This document shows positions 24,601 through 34,199 of a stretch of 57,750 nt of DNA, piece after piece. The DNA lies in NCBI GenBank assembly GCA_003427395.1, contig BFEA01000046.1, forward strand, positions 1,425,728 to 1,483,477, written 5' to 3'. The notes beneath the pieces are model-generated. The model did no database searches. It saw only the letters and a list, made by a program, of their open reading frames with translations, and was not told where the DNA came from. Each line of letters starts with the position of its first letter. The stretch's first letter is position 1. Both the position numbers and the translations under genes were made by a program. This DNA comes from Chara braunii (lineage: Eukaryota; Plantae; Charophyceae).

Positions 24601-24846
24601 CTTCAGCATCGCACGTACGTACCCCTTGTTGGCGGCAATCTTGTATTGCGCGGCTGCGTCGGAAAGACACACATCCAACTCCCCCAACCCATACTCGTAC
24701 GCTTCGCCAAGCTTGAAATGATCCTCGGGCACTTTGCTCGCCGCCCACGTGCATATGAGAGAGTCGGGGGTAGGGCGTGGGCCTGGCGCACGCGCCTCTC
24801 GCCCATCCCGCTTGCCGAGATCCCTCAGCAGACCCAGTACCATCAT
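21601..24846 (-). CDS. Sel1-like repeat (SLR) protein, ~1081 aa, single coding exon
   Basis: Uninterrupted 3.2-kb ORF with first ATG at 24846 and TGA at 21601-21603. About nine SLR motifs, e.g. AMLKMAVFYEGGRGCRRNLECAARWHRKA, AAANLARCYELGRGVQRDLNMAFQLYLRAATDGN and AMYHVGRCYEYGRGVPKQDWTKAVIWYRRSA. These are followed by a G/E/S-rich low-complexity linker and an unassigned ~280-aa C-terminal domain. Confidence 0.9.
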   Translation of the reverse strand: MMVLGLLRDLGKRDGREARAPGPRPTPDSLICTWAASKVPEDHFKLGEAYEYGLGELDVCLSDAAAQYKIAANKGYVRAMLKMAVFYEGGRGCRRNLECAARWHRKAFAAQRALMEEARQEGRNEEDRESLMEMFAPAIHFFRVAAQNGDVDAQMVIAECYGDGLGVYLDLRISVGWYCRAACQGARHAQAKVGEHFALGRGVQRHLAKAWACFWAALMTGPPDVSGPFDDRHLEPAIRFLRDLKEDLNTGAAANLARCYELGRGVQRDLNMAFQLYLRAATDGNHVAMYHVGRCYEYGRGVPKQDWTKAVIWYRRSAEYNPAALFKLGLYYQTAGDNKEFKRHMAKAAAMGHPEAGFTKPDFWEIAASQGHRNAYVAGVKECQTMAPVVDRTIRFGGLTEEEIIGMKEEIEACEGEEGDERRRCEKTYKLAFVLINGLGEVQDDIEGVVWLQGVAGSRGDTDGLASYLLGLCYSYGRGVLPSAEEASKCFAAAQSCGFPANRLKKLGEKHGAEWFRTAGLGMQEVRFQTDVSNIGKGGTAKTEAAQASDVFRSHARWSNSDTGSGYPFSNELHGGSDCSGGGEEGGAGEEPPSSPPPMQGRCVRGRRMLQQTAAGGGEGEGGGGGGGGRRAGGMLGRMLPVRRGRMDASGGEEDEEEEEREEWDAEERVSSDSRGEDSWSDLGSGGGTEERGRGRGRSSRRGPPEYDFANSDVSNDSVGTVTTASRSQADEEGQGRYGHSRFMRTRSSSTCSLARSNGTVSITSGSSVEGSMLGEGILVSEEMVPAPGESMRYYWDCDKALEDLEDAALVRKKMLNLVPDLLAELPSAPMTGVERRWLGAMGTAEAINSQLPLKVMHQNPSLWAFRACFQQMMYASFAIAELAVRKESRVRSKYSSATRTLLWARPREGSLMADLAGVSKDDRTVGSHRARLASDLIVHWALHFGALERICDRTSLRLAICQRDAIIAAANGCNGCQPVSSGRFDDVDREGRRDPGLLNVMGRRLRGFIGRKEIQEEEMGRKKRLEVCDQVRDIAVKNVERILIGTERRIVLFESDHRDYEGLIVRNFVQIALGGDDRFL

Positions 24847-25060
24847 TTGCAACCGAAACAAAGATCAAGAGGGGAGAACAACAGACAGAAAATATGGCGG
24901 CGAGGCTAGATGCTGCTCGCTCCCTTCCCCTTTCTCCTACCACTCACCTTCGCGGTCGGGCCTCACTCCCTTCCTCCTCACTTCTTTCTAAGCCCGTCTT
25001 CCACGCAACCAGCACTCTCGCTGCTGCCGCCCGTTCCTCCTATCACCCACCCGCGTTATA

Positions 25061-25293
25061 GGACAAGTTAAATAACCCCCTCCTCCTCCTCCTCCTCCTG
25101 CTGCTGCTCCTGCTCCTCTTTTACCTGCCCAGGCCCGCCCAGCAACACCACTTGCCCTCCGCCTCTTCAACAGTTGCGTGCGCAGACTAACTCGTCGGAC
25201 ACTGTGGGACAAGTTACATAACCCCCTCCTTCTCCTCCTCCTCCTCCTCTTACTCCTCTCTTACCTGCCTTCGCCCGCCCAGCAGCATCACTT
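25061..25293. repeat. ~147-bp-period direct duplication upstream of the Sel1 gene
   Basis: GGACAAGTTA.ATAACCCC(TCC)n...TTACCTGCC...GCCCGCCCAGCA.CA.CACTT occurs at 25061 and 25208. Confidence 0.75.
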
Positions 25294-25980
25294 AACACCA
25301 CCTTCGCCTCCGCCTTCAGTCAGCAAACTAGCTCGTTAGGCACCTTCGATCGTCATCTCCAAACGAAGGAAACGACCAGGTTCGGCAGCAGCGGCAGGCT
25401 TTTGAGATACGCGCGCGCAGAGGCAAGTCGAGTCGCTCCGGAACTATCCGCCAGGCTGGCCGGAGGAAAAAACGCCGCTCTGCAAGTCGCCACTGGTCGG
25501 GGCAACACCAACACCGAAAACGACGCTCTTTCCCCTTATCGTCGTCGCTTTGGCTTCGACTAAACACCGGTCGATCTCCATAATCATTTCACGGAATAGC
25601 GCGTAGAGGGAGGTTGTTCATCGAGCACACATCTTTCTGCAGGGGTAGGTGGTTAATCAAACAAAAAAGATCTCTTTGCAAGGTAGGTTGTCCATCAAAC
25701 GACCATCCTGGAACACAAAAAACGGGGCAAGGTTCGTCTTACAGCCGTAGACCGCAGTTTACACGCGATGGGTCGTTTGCTGCACGAATTGCGAAGTGTT
25801 CAATGGGTGCCGACGACGAAACTGCAAACGAGACTGATAACATACTCACAATAGGACCTTTTCGACTGCGCTCTGGACGTAATTCCGGTCGGATACATAC
25901 GGGTCACGCCGTAATTCCGGTCAGATTCATCGAGGAAAGTCCTAGTGTGAGTATGCCCTGAACCGTACCCCGCCGAACAG

Positions 25981-26058
<78 letters not shown>
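25981..26058. repeat. (CT)n(GT)n microsatellite
   Basis: Directly visible. Confidence 0.95.
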
Positions 26059-26061
<3 letters not shown>

Positions 26062-27257
26062 CCCGTCCTGAACTCAGGATAATCCTGCCAGCATTGCCTA
26101 GCTGAGTCAAACGAGTGTGCCAGGCGTCACCTCCTCGATGTTCACAAGTGTAAAAGTGAATGAACGCGATCACGAAAACTTTGGCCAAGCAGAATAAGTG
26201 AACGTAATGCGAAGAGATGTCGAAACAGCAAGAGCTCAAAACAGCGAAGAAAAGCGAAGTCTTTCAAAAGCGAGAGGACGTCCAACGCTAAGCTTGGCTC
26301 GACTCCGCTTGCGCTTGCCTGTATAACCTTTTCAATATGTAACCCCGATAGAGACGATGGGAAACGTGGAGAGCAGAGTGCACGCCATCGCCGCCCTCGA
26401 GATCGTACCACCACCTGCACTTCTGTAACAGCAATTGGCACACACGTATAGACAAAAACCGGAAGTGGTCAGATACGACCAAACGTTACGTGAAACACTC
26501 AACAAATGTCTTTCTGTACATTACAAAAATGTGAACCCTATTTCTGGTCTGCGAAACAAAGAGAGAGAGAGATGGAGAGAGGGGAGAGATGGAGAGAGAG
26601 ATGGACAAAGATGGAGAGGTACGGACAGAGATGGACAGAGATGGAGAAAGACGGACAGAGATCGAGAGATGAAGAGAGATGAAGAGATGGAGAGGAGAGA
26701 TGGGGAGAAAGAGAAAGAGAGTCAATTGTATGTATGTTTCTGACATACTCTCACTGATTCTCAAACGGATGTATCTATCTCAAGAGACAGAAGAGAGGAA
26801 ATTACCACCAGTTGATCCATTCCGCAGTTCACCCCCTCGCCAACCCCGGAATACGTCGCGACCACGGCCACGCCGCACCCCCTCTTTTACCCCTTGTTGT
26901 ACACAAATTAATCGCCGTTTCTCTGTCAACCACACTGCCTACCTGCCTACATTTCTTTTTCCTCTGCATTTAAACCGTCATGGCGCCCACTGTTTTCTAC
27001 CTAGTTCTCCACCAGTCCACTCTCGCCCCTCCGTTTCCCGCTCACCTTCAGCTTCATACCCGCCCCCTCCCCCCTTGGCCCCGGCCCCCCCTGATGTCCT
27101 TCAACCCCTATTCCTTCCTGCTCGGCTTTCGGTTTCAAGCTCTTTACCTCCTCTCTCCTTGGCCCTCCAATCCCAGCCATATTCGGCCTCCCATTCCTGC
27201 TCAGTTTCAGTTCTCAACGTTCTTTCCTTCTCCGCTCCTTCCAAATTCTGGAAACCT

Positions 27258-27632
27258 CCGGTCCTCTCCTTCCTCACAGCCATCGCCGTCTCCTCTCCCT
27301 TCATTCTACTCTATTCTTGCACTTTATCCTCCTTTCAACCCCCTCCCCGCCATTCTTCCCCCGAACAGAATGCACGGTCATTATCGCTGAATCAGGTCTG
27401 ACCTCTCCTTCCTCACAGCCATCGCCGTTTCCGCTCCTTCATTCTACTCTCTTCTTGCACTCGATCCTCCTTTCAACCCCCGCCCCGCCTCCTTTTCCCG
27501 ATTACAATGCACGGTCATTATCGCCGTCTCTGGTCCGGTCCTCTCCTTCCTCACAGCCATCGCCGTCTCCTCTCCCTTCATTCTACTCACGTCTCTAGTC
27601 TTGCACTTGATCCTCCTTTCAACCCCCCCCCC
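27258..27632. repeat. ~139-bp pyrimidine-rich tandem repeat (3 copies, running into a gap)
   Basis: CCTCTCCTTCCTCACAGCCATCGCCGT at ~27263, ~27402 and ~27540. Confidence 0.85.
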
Positions 27633-27813
27633 NNNNNNNNNNNNNNNNNNNNNNNNNNNNNNNNNNNNNNNNNNNNNNNNNNNNNNNNNNNNNNNNNNNN
27701 NNNNNNNNNNNNNNNNNNNNNNNNNNNNNNNNNNNNNNNNNNNNNNNNNNNNNNNNNNNNNNNNNNNNNNNNNNNNNNNNNNNNNNNNNNNNNNNNNNNN
27801 NNNNNNNNNNNNN
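27633..27813. other. Assembly gap (N run)
   Basis: N bases. Confidence 1.
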
Positions 27814-28919
27814 GACTGAAAGTCGCCCAAACTAGAGCTATTGACATAATGACCATGCGTTCTATTCAGGGGAAGATGCAAGGCAGTAAGCTTCGCTTCC
27901 CCTTCGCAGACTTCCTCCTCCTCCTGTCCAACGATTAGTGCTCTTCTTTCGAAGAATTCTAAAATTGCCTCTTCGAATCCAATTCTATTCACCAGTTCTC
28001 ATCGGAGGCCGGAAGATTGGAAAAAGGGACCGCGCGGATTTTGAGACGGGAGGCGGAAGGGCTACGAATCTAGACTGAAAGTCGCCCCCAATACAGCTGT
28101 ATGAGTACGGAAGGAGTGTGAATCGGGCGAGAGGAGCGGAGGCACTTGAAAGGCAGTCGCGAATGAGGTGGAATGAGAGAGAGCCGGAGTCGAAGAAGCG
28201 AGAGAGGACGAGAAGGAGAGAAGAGGATAGGGAGCAAGCCGGAGAGGCAGAAACGAGAAGAACAATGAGGACGAAGAAGGGGCAGAAGGGAAGGGAAGAT
28301 GGGAATGGCAAAGAGAGAGAGAGAGAGAGTGCGAAAAAGGAGGACGACGAAAGGAACAGGTGGCAAGAGTGAAAAGCGTCGGCAGTGATACTAGACTACC
28401 ATCTTCACACGAATAGAACGCACGCTCATTACCGCTGTATCTAGAGTGAAAGTCGCCCCGAATATAGCGATAATAACCGTGCGTTCCATTCGGGGGAAGG
28501 TAGCGCAAATAGACGTCCTGGTGCATCACATAAACAGAACAATATGCATGAGGGAACAGAGCAGCAGGAAGGAGGAGAGGAAGGGAGCTGTGGCCAGGAG
28601 ACGACAAAACCCAGACGAATTAAGGTGAGAGAGGGTACGTCCACAGCTCCATACGCGCATGTCGGGGAGAAGATCGAAGGTGAAGCAGGAAAAAAAGGGA
28701 TATACTGTGGGCCTCGCTTCACTACTCACCAATTGTGCAAAATGAGAATGAATCTTCCGCTAAAACATGGAAGGATACACCGCCATAATTCGTGTCATTT
28801 CTGCATGTGCTGAGCGGTGGAGCGAGGCCCTCTATACTGTACTTTTGTCGTCCAGGAGAGCAGAAGGGAAAGACCAGGATAGAAGACGAGCGATAGGACG
28901 AGGCTAAGAGATACGGATC

Positions 28920-29280
28920 TGAAAAAGGGCGCGTGAGAGTGAAATCCATGCGGCGAAACTGAAAAAGGACGGGAGAGAGTGGAATTAATGAGAGGTGAAA
29001 TTGAAAAAGGGCGGGAGAGAACTGGAACTCGTGAGAGGAGAAACTGAAAAATTGAGGGGAGCGTGGAAACCATGAGAACGGAAACTGAAAAACGGGGGGA
29101 GAGAGGGAGAGGCGAAACTGAAAAAGGGCGGGAGAGAAGTGGAATCCATGAGAGGCGAAACTGAAAAAGGGGGGGAGAGTGGAAACCTGTAGAGGGGGAA
29201 CTGAAAAACGGAGAGAGAGACAGAGAGAGGCGAAGCTGAAGGGCGGGGGAGAGTGAAGTCCATGAGGGGAAGTACTAAAA
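28920..29280. repeat. Degenerate ~40-bp purine-rich repeat (CCATGAGAGGCGAAACTGAAAAAGGG...)
   Basis: GAAACTGAAAAA-like motif recurs about 8 times. Confidence 0.8.
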
Positions 29281-29666
29281 GCACAAGAAGCGAGCGAACA
29301 ACGAACAGAGAGCAGAGAGGGGAGCTCTGCGGACAGAAAGTACCAGCAGAAGGAAAGAGCACAATCGCTGCAGAGGGGATGAAGAAAAAGGAGCGGGAGA
29401 ATGAGGAGGAACCCCACACTTTTCTTTAACTTTATACTTACTAGCATAAGTCCCTGCACGAAAAAAAATTCACATAGAACATGGAACGGAACAAAGAAGA
29501 CTCCTCTCCTGCAAATATTAAACAAAGGAAAAAGTGGAAAGAGGGGCGGGGACAAAAGAGACTCGTCGTCTCGTCTACAGATGGCAACACGATGAGCCAG
29601 AGTCAAAAGGGAACGAAGGAGCAGCCCGCGCCCTCTCACGGGTCCCCACCGCTTCCCCCAGCCAAC

Positions 29667-29667
<1 letters not shown>

Positions 29668-29726
<59 letters not shown>
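29668..29726. repeat. Poly-C run
   Basis: Directly visible. Confidence 0.95.
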
Positions 29727-30038
29727 TTTCTGCCAACGTAACACACCCCGTTCTCCTCAACAGTTCCTTTGGCTCCACCTCGCTTTAAGCTTAGACATAT
29801 TACTAGTAAATTGTATTTCAAATTTTCCCGCCCAAAGCACCACCACCCACAAGGGACCATTCCTGGCAAATACGCTCGGTTGACAGCCCCGGTACTATTT
29901 CTCTCTTCCGTATTTGCCGCCCCCAAAAATGGCAGGCGCCGAAAAGCAGAACGGAAGAGAGAAAACATACCTCACCTGAGCAGGAGGACAGCAACCCATA
30001 TCCCAATTGCGCCAGCCAAGGCAGAGGAACGCGTAGTA

Positions 30039-30078
30039 NNNNNNNNNNNNNNNNNNNNNNNNNNNNNNNNNNNNNNNN
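30039..30078. other. Assembly gap (N run)
   Basis: N bases. Confidence 1.
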
Positions 30079-30965
30079 GGGGAGGGGGGGGCCTCAGACA
30101 GAGAGAGAGAGAGAGACAGCGGGAGGGAAGGGGTGAAAGGGGAAGATTCACGCAAGTGTAAGTGAACAAACGATCCCCACGCAAACATTGTAACTTAACA
30201 ACCTCCGTCTAATGGAACAACCAACCAATCAGAGCGGTGCATATTCGTCTCGACACGCGCTTGACGGTCTTCCCATCATACATAAATAGATAGATAGATA
30301 GATAGATAGATAGACAGATAGATAAATAAAGACCCAGATGATGAATAAAGTAGGCAATGTGGTAAAAAAGAAGAAACTAGTTTTTCGAGAGTCTGTAGAT
30401 CTCAATCCAAGAGTCAAACAAGAATGAATACCACATATAAGAGTAAAAACTACACTTGTTTTTTTTCGTGACCGTTCGCCAATTTCTTTGACTACCATAT
30501 TCAAAAATTTTGGATTCATTTTTAAGATTGGAACCGGTGAACCATTCAGGTCGAATGGGACAGAGGGCTCGTAGTACCTACCTAAGTGAACCAGCAGACG
30601 GGAAGGAGCCTAAATCGACGGACCCAGATGATGGACGGAGAAGCGCGGACAAGAAGGAGACCAACCGGGAGGAGTGTACGTGGTAGAAGAGGAGATAACA
30701 GTACTCAAACAATAGCTATGGATAGAGAAGAAATCGAGGCGGGCGATGGTGAAGCTCAGGGGGGGGTCACTGCCACTAATACCGGGAAAAGACGTCATAC
30801 AGATACGAGCAGGAATGACAGGCTGGAGGCGATGACACCTGCTGGGGAGCTTACCCGCAGAGAGAGATTGGCCACGTGTCGCCTAATACCTCCCCATCAA
30901 TTGACCGGCGCTCCGTTTCCTGTGCGCCTGGCAGTATGTATACCAGGCAGGCCCAACAGGGACTC

Positions 30966-31382
30966 GCTAGAGCACAAGGACATAAAAAGGACAATAACCG
31001 GACAAACGCCAGCCTGCCGCCGGAGAAGAGAATCTAGCGAGCAGAGGGGCAAGCGCCCCAAGGCCATCAACACATCGCCTCTCCAACTGGAGCGAGCAGA
31101 GGGGCAAGCGCCCCAAGGCCATCAACACATCGCCTCTCCAACTGGGCCGGCTCGGCTTGGCTCGGCTCGGCTACGGGCCTCGTTGCACCACTCTCCGCAT
31201 GCACAACAGACAAAAACTAGCTAGAGCACAAGGACATAAAGACCGGACAAACGCCATCCTGCCGGTGGAGAAGAGAATCTCGCGAGCGAGTGGCCAGCGC
31301 CCCAAGGCCATCAACACAGCCTCGCCAACTGGGCCGGCTAGGCCCGGCTTGGCTCGGCTCAGGCTACGGGCCTCGCTGCACT
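30966..31382. repeat. Nested direct duplications: ~250-bp unit twice, containing an exact 55-bp tandem duplication
   Basis: GCTAGAGCACAAGGACATAAA at ~30966 and ~31220. Positions 31036-31090 equal 31091-31145. Confidence 0.85.
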
Positions 31383-32768
31383 ACTCATTTTGGACGTGTG
31401 GAGAGTAGGGCAGCGTTCAATCCCACTGGCCTCATATATGTTGTCGGAGGGCGCGGTGTCCCGGCCCTCCTGTGTACCAGGCTTCGGCTCAGTACCTGTC
31501 CCCAACTCAGATGCCCGCGGCTCGTCGGGTAGTTCCCGCAGTTTATCTTGCGATGGACCGGTCCAGTTGGTGCCTGCCCTCAGCAAAACGGGTGCGCCAC
31601 TTGGCTTTCCGTTGGTCCACGCAGGCTCGGCGCCCTGCTGTACAGCAGAGCAATACCGGCCTGTGGTCCTAGTAGCCGTCAGGTTCGCCCAAGGACGCAA
31701 AGATAGAGGGATCGACACGGTCTTTTCTACTGCGCGCCGAGTGCCCTCTAACCGGGTTATGGGGTACGTAGGGTCGATGTTACAGTCGAACAGAAAAGGG
31801 GTAAAAGAAAAAGAAAGGAAAAGAAAAAGGGGGATAAGAAGAGAAAAACGAAGTCAAGTGTTGATTTCGAGCGCAGATCTGGACCCTTGCTTTTGTTTGG
31901 GACGAACTGCTAGTCACTGGCCACGGTGGCGTTATGATTTCTTTCTTTTCTTATTTTGTTGTTATTATTATTACTGGATCCTTTTGTTCGATTTTCTCGT
32001 TTTATCGTTTTGTGAACCGCTAACGATTCATTTTCGAACCTCGAGCGCAGCCTGGCGTTCTAGGCTGGCCGACCCTTCGTTCATCACCCTGGGGTTCGAC
32101 CTGTCGACTGGGCGCGCTGTAGGACCTCAAAAGAGGGGCGACCCGCGGCCGCATCGGTAGGAGGCTTATCACCCCTGTGGAGGGTCATAAGCCCCCTCCT
32201 TACCATCGGACACGAGTACCCATCATGGGTAGATCAGCGGCACGTTTTGAAAGAAGGAAAGCGATCGGCGGCATCCCGTTATGAGACTGCTGCGTTCAGT
32301 CTGGGTCACCTCACCTCCGAGGCGACCATTGGGGTCTCGGCCCCGCTGTCTTTTCTTTATTCAAACATGCCTCAAGGAAATTTTGGAAAGTGAATATTTT
32401 TACTTTTATTTAAATTTATTGTTATAAAATTTTAAGAAGAGGGTGTTTGGGTCCCTCATTTAGAGCGTGGGGGTCGCGACAGACAGTGACCCTATAAAGA
32501 GGAAAGGGGGATGTCAATTGCTACTAGGCGTAGGCGGTCTCGCATCGCGATCGCGAGTAAGTTTGTGGAGGGAGTCGGATGTCGAAGTGAGTGTGCAAAC
32601 TCGTCTGTGTGCGTGTGCACTGAAGAACGTCGGGTCTTGTCTATTTCGGAGTTGGCAGCCCGATATCTCGCTCGGCCTACTCCGGGATAAGTTTAGGCCA
32701 TGGTACGCGGCAGCGGGTTATATGGCTATAGGCCAAAGCGCCTCCAGCATCGCTGAAAGTGGGAGCAG

Positions 32769-33185
32769 ATGTCGGGGGAAGGGCCTACAGTGACGGCTAT
32801 ACTAGACTACAACTACGGCAGACGGGAGTTGAAGCTGCAGATAAACGTAGAAGGGAGGAGAGAGGAAGAAATGAGGGTGGACCCAGACCTGCAGATGGCG
32901 ATTACTAAGGCCAGAGACCGCGCAGAAAGGAGGTGCAGACAGGACGGGGTCACGGACGAGATGAGGGTGATTGTCATGTACCTGGACGAGGGGACCTCCA
33001 CGGACACAGTGGATCGGGAACAGCAACACCTGGATCACGATACCGAGGCTGAAAGTGACGCGAGTGACCTGGAGGCCGCGACCCAGTCCTGGCATGGACT
33101 ACACCAATGGAGGCAGGACCATCCGCCAGCGGGACCTGTAGAAGACGGTCCGGAAGCCAGCTCGCGACAACAAAAGGGCCTGTGA
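32769..33185 (+). CDS. Orphan 138-aa ORF, possibly an element-borne accessory gene
   Basis: ATG-initiated with protein-like composition (TVTAILDYNYGRRELKLQINVEG...RVIVMYLDEG, acidic tail). TATAAAG at 32493. No family recognised. Confidence 0.3.
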   Translation: MSGEGPTVTAILDYNYGRRELKLQINVEGRREEEMRVDPDLQMAITKARDRAERRCRQDGVTDEMRVIVMYLDEGTSTDTVDREQQHLDHDTEAESDASDLEAATQSWHGLHQWRQDHPPAGPVEDGPEASSRQQKGL

Positions 33186-34199
33186 CCAACTTGAGACAGG
33201 GAACAGACCGGAGTTACGGGATGAAAAGGAGAGGCCGTTACAGGGTAGGACACGTGAAAACATGGGAGAGAACGAAAGAAAGAAGGGCTCTGGGTCAACA
33301 CGTCATTCTTCTTGACGAAGGGTCTCTAAGTGAAAGATAAGCGGATATAGGGGCACGGATATGGATGATCGGAAAAAAAAAAATACCTACGGAAGATGAC
33401 TGGACCATCTTCATGGCGAAGGTTGTTGTTGATAGCTGTGGTTAGAAGCACACTGTCTTTTTTGACTTGTGCTCAGACGCTGTTCTCTTCTTCTCATCAT
33501 TGCAACCACGGAAGTTATCAATTCATGTGGGTTCGTGACCACGGATATACCTTTCTTGAAGGAGCGAGTAAAAGAGGGGGGGAGGATCTGCGCACGAGTT
33601 TTCAGAGACCGTGCGGAAAGGGAGGTATTGCGAAAAGGGAGAGAGAGAAGAGACTTCGCTTGAGCTATTTTGAGTGGTGGTTGATGCTAATAGTAATGCG
33701 ACGAGGCTGGTTCTCAGCAGAGGAGGAAGGGGGTGGAGAGGAAGAGAGAGAGAAAGCAATGTAGACGCGAGAGAGGCGAGAGTGTGGAAGAACGCTGTCC
33801 AGTGTGAGTGACGCCATTAGCTTCTCACGACTCCCCTAGCATGTGTTTGTTTGCTCGACCTCTGTCAGAAAACGTTTCGATGCACTTACTACCAGTGAAG
33901 AAGTCAGCTCAGTGGTAAGCGAGTGCAAGGAAGATGAGTGGAGTGAACTATACCTTGATTTCGATCGGCACCGATTGCCCCTTATGAATGATCCTTGACC
34001 TTCCCGATGGAACGTCTTTTCCAAGTCAGGACTTACTCATCTCGCCGAACATTCTTGGTCAGTCAGCTAGCTTGAGTCAACAGCATAAGAGACGAGTGAG
34101 ACGTGCAGGTTTGTACTGTGAGATCAACTCGTCCACCCTCAATAGACAGCCCGCGCCAAAAAGACAGTGGCTACCGTGTGCAGTTCCATTAGTTCGGTT

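Noticed and set aside
21673-24909. Plus-strand ORFs of up to 253 aa overlapping the Sel1 gene
   Set aside because: They are antisense shadows of a GC-rich coding sequence and show no motifs.
27814-28460. TGAAAGTCGC resembling group II intron domain V
   Set aside because: There is no flanking AGC/CGC triad stem, domain VI or maturase; the motif is part of a local repeat.
28722-29744. 340-aa minus-strand ORF and the 240-aa ORF at 26679-27401
   Set aside because: Both derive from poly-G and purine/pyrimidine-skewed repeats and have F/S/P-biased composition.
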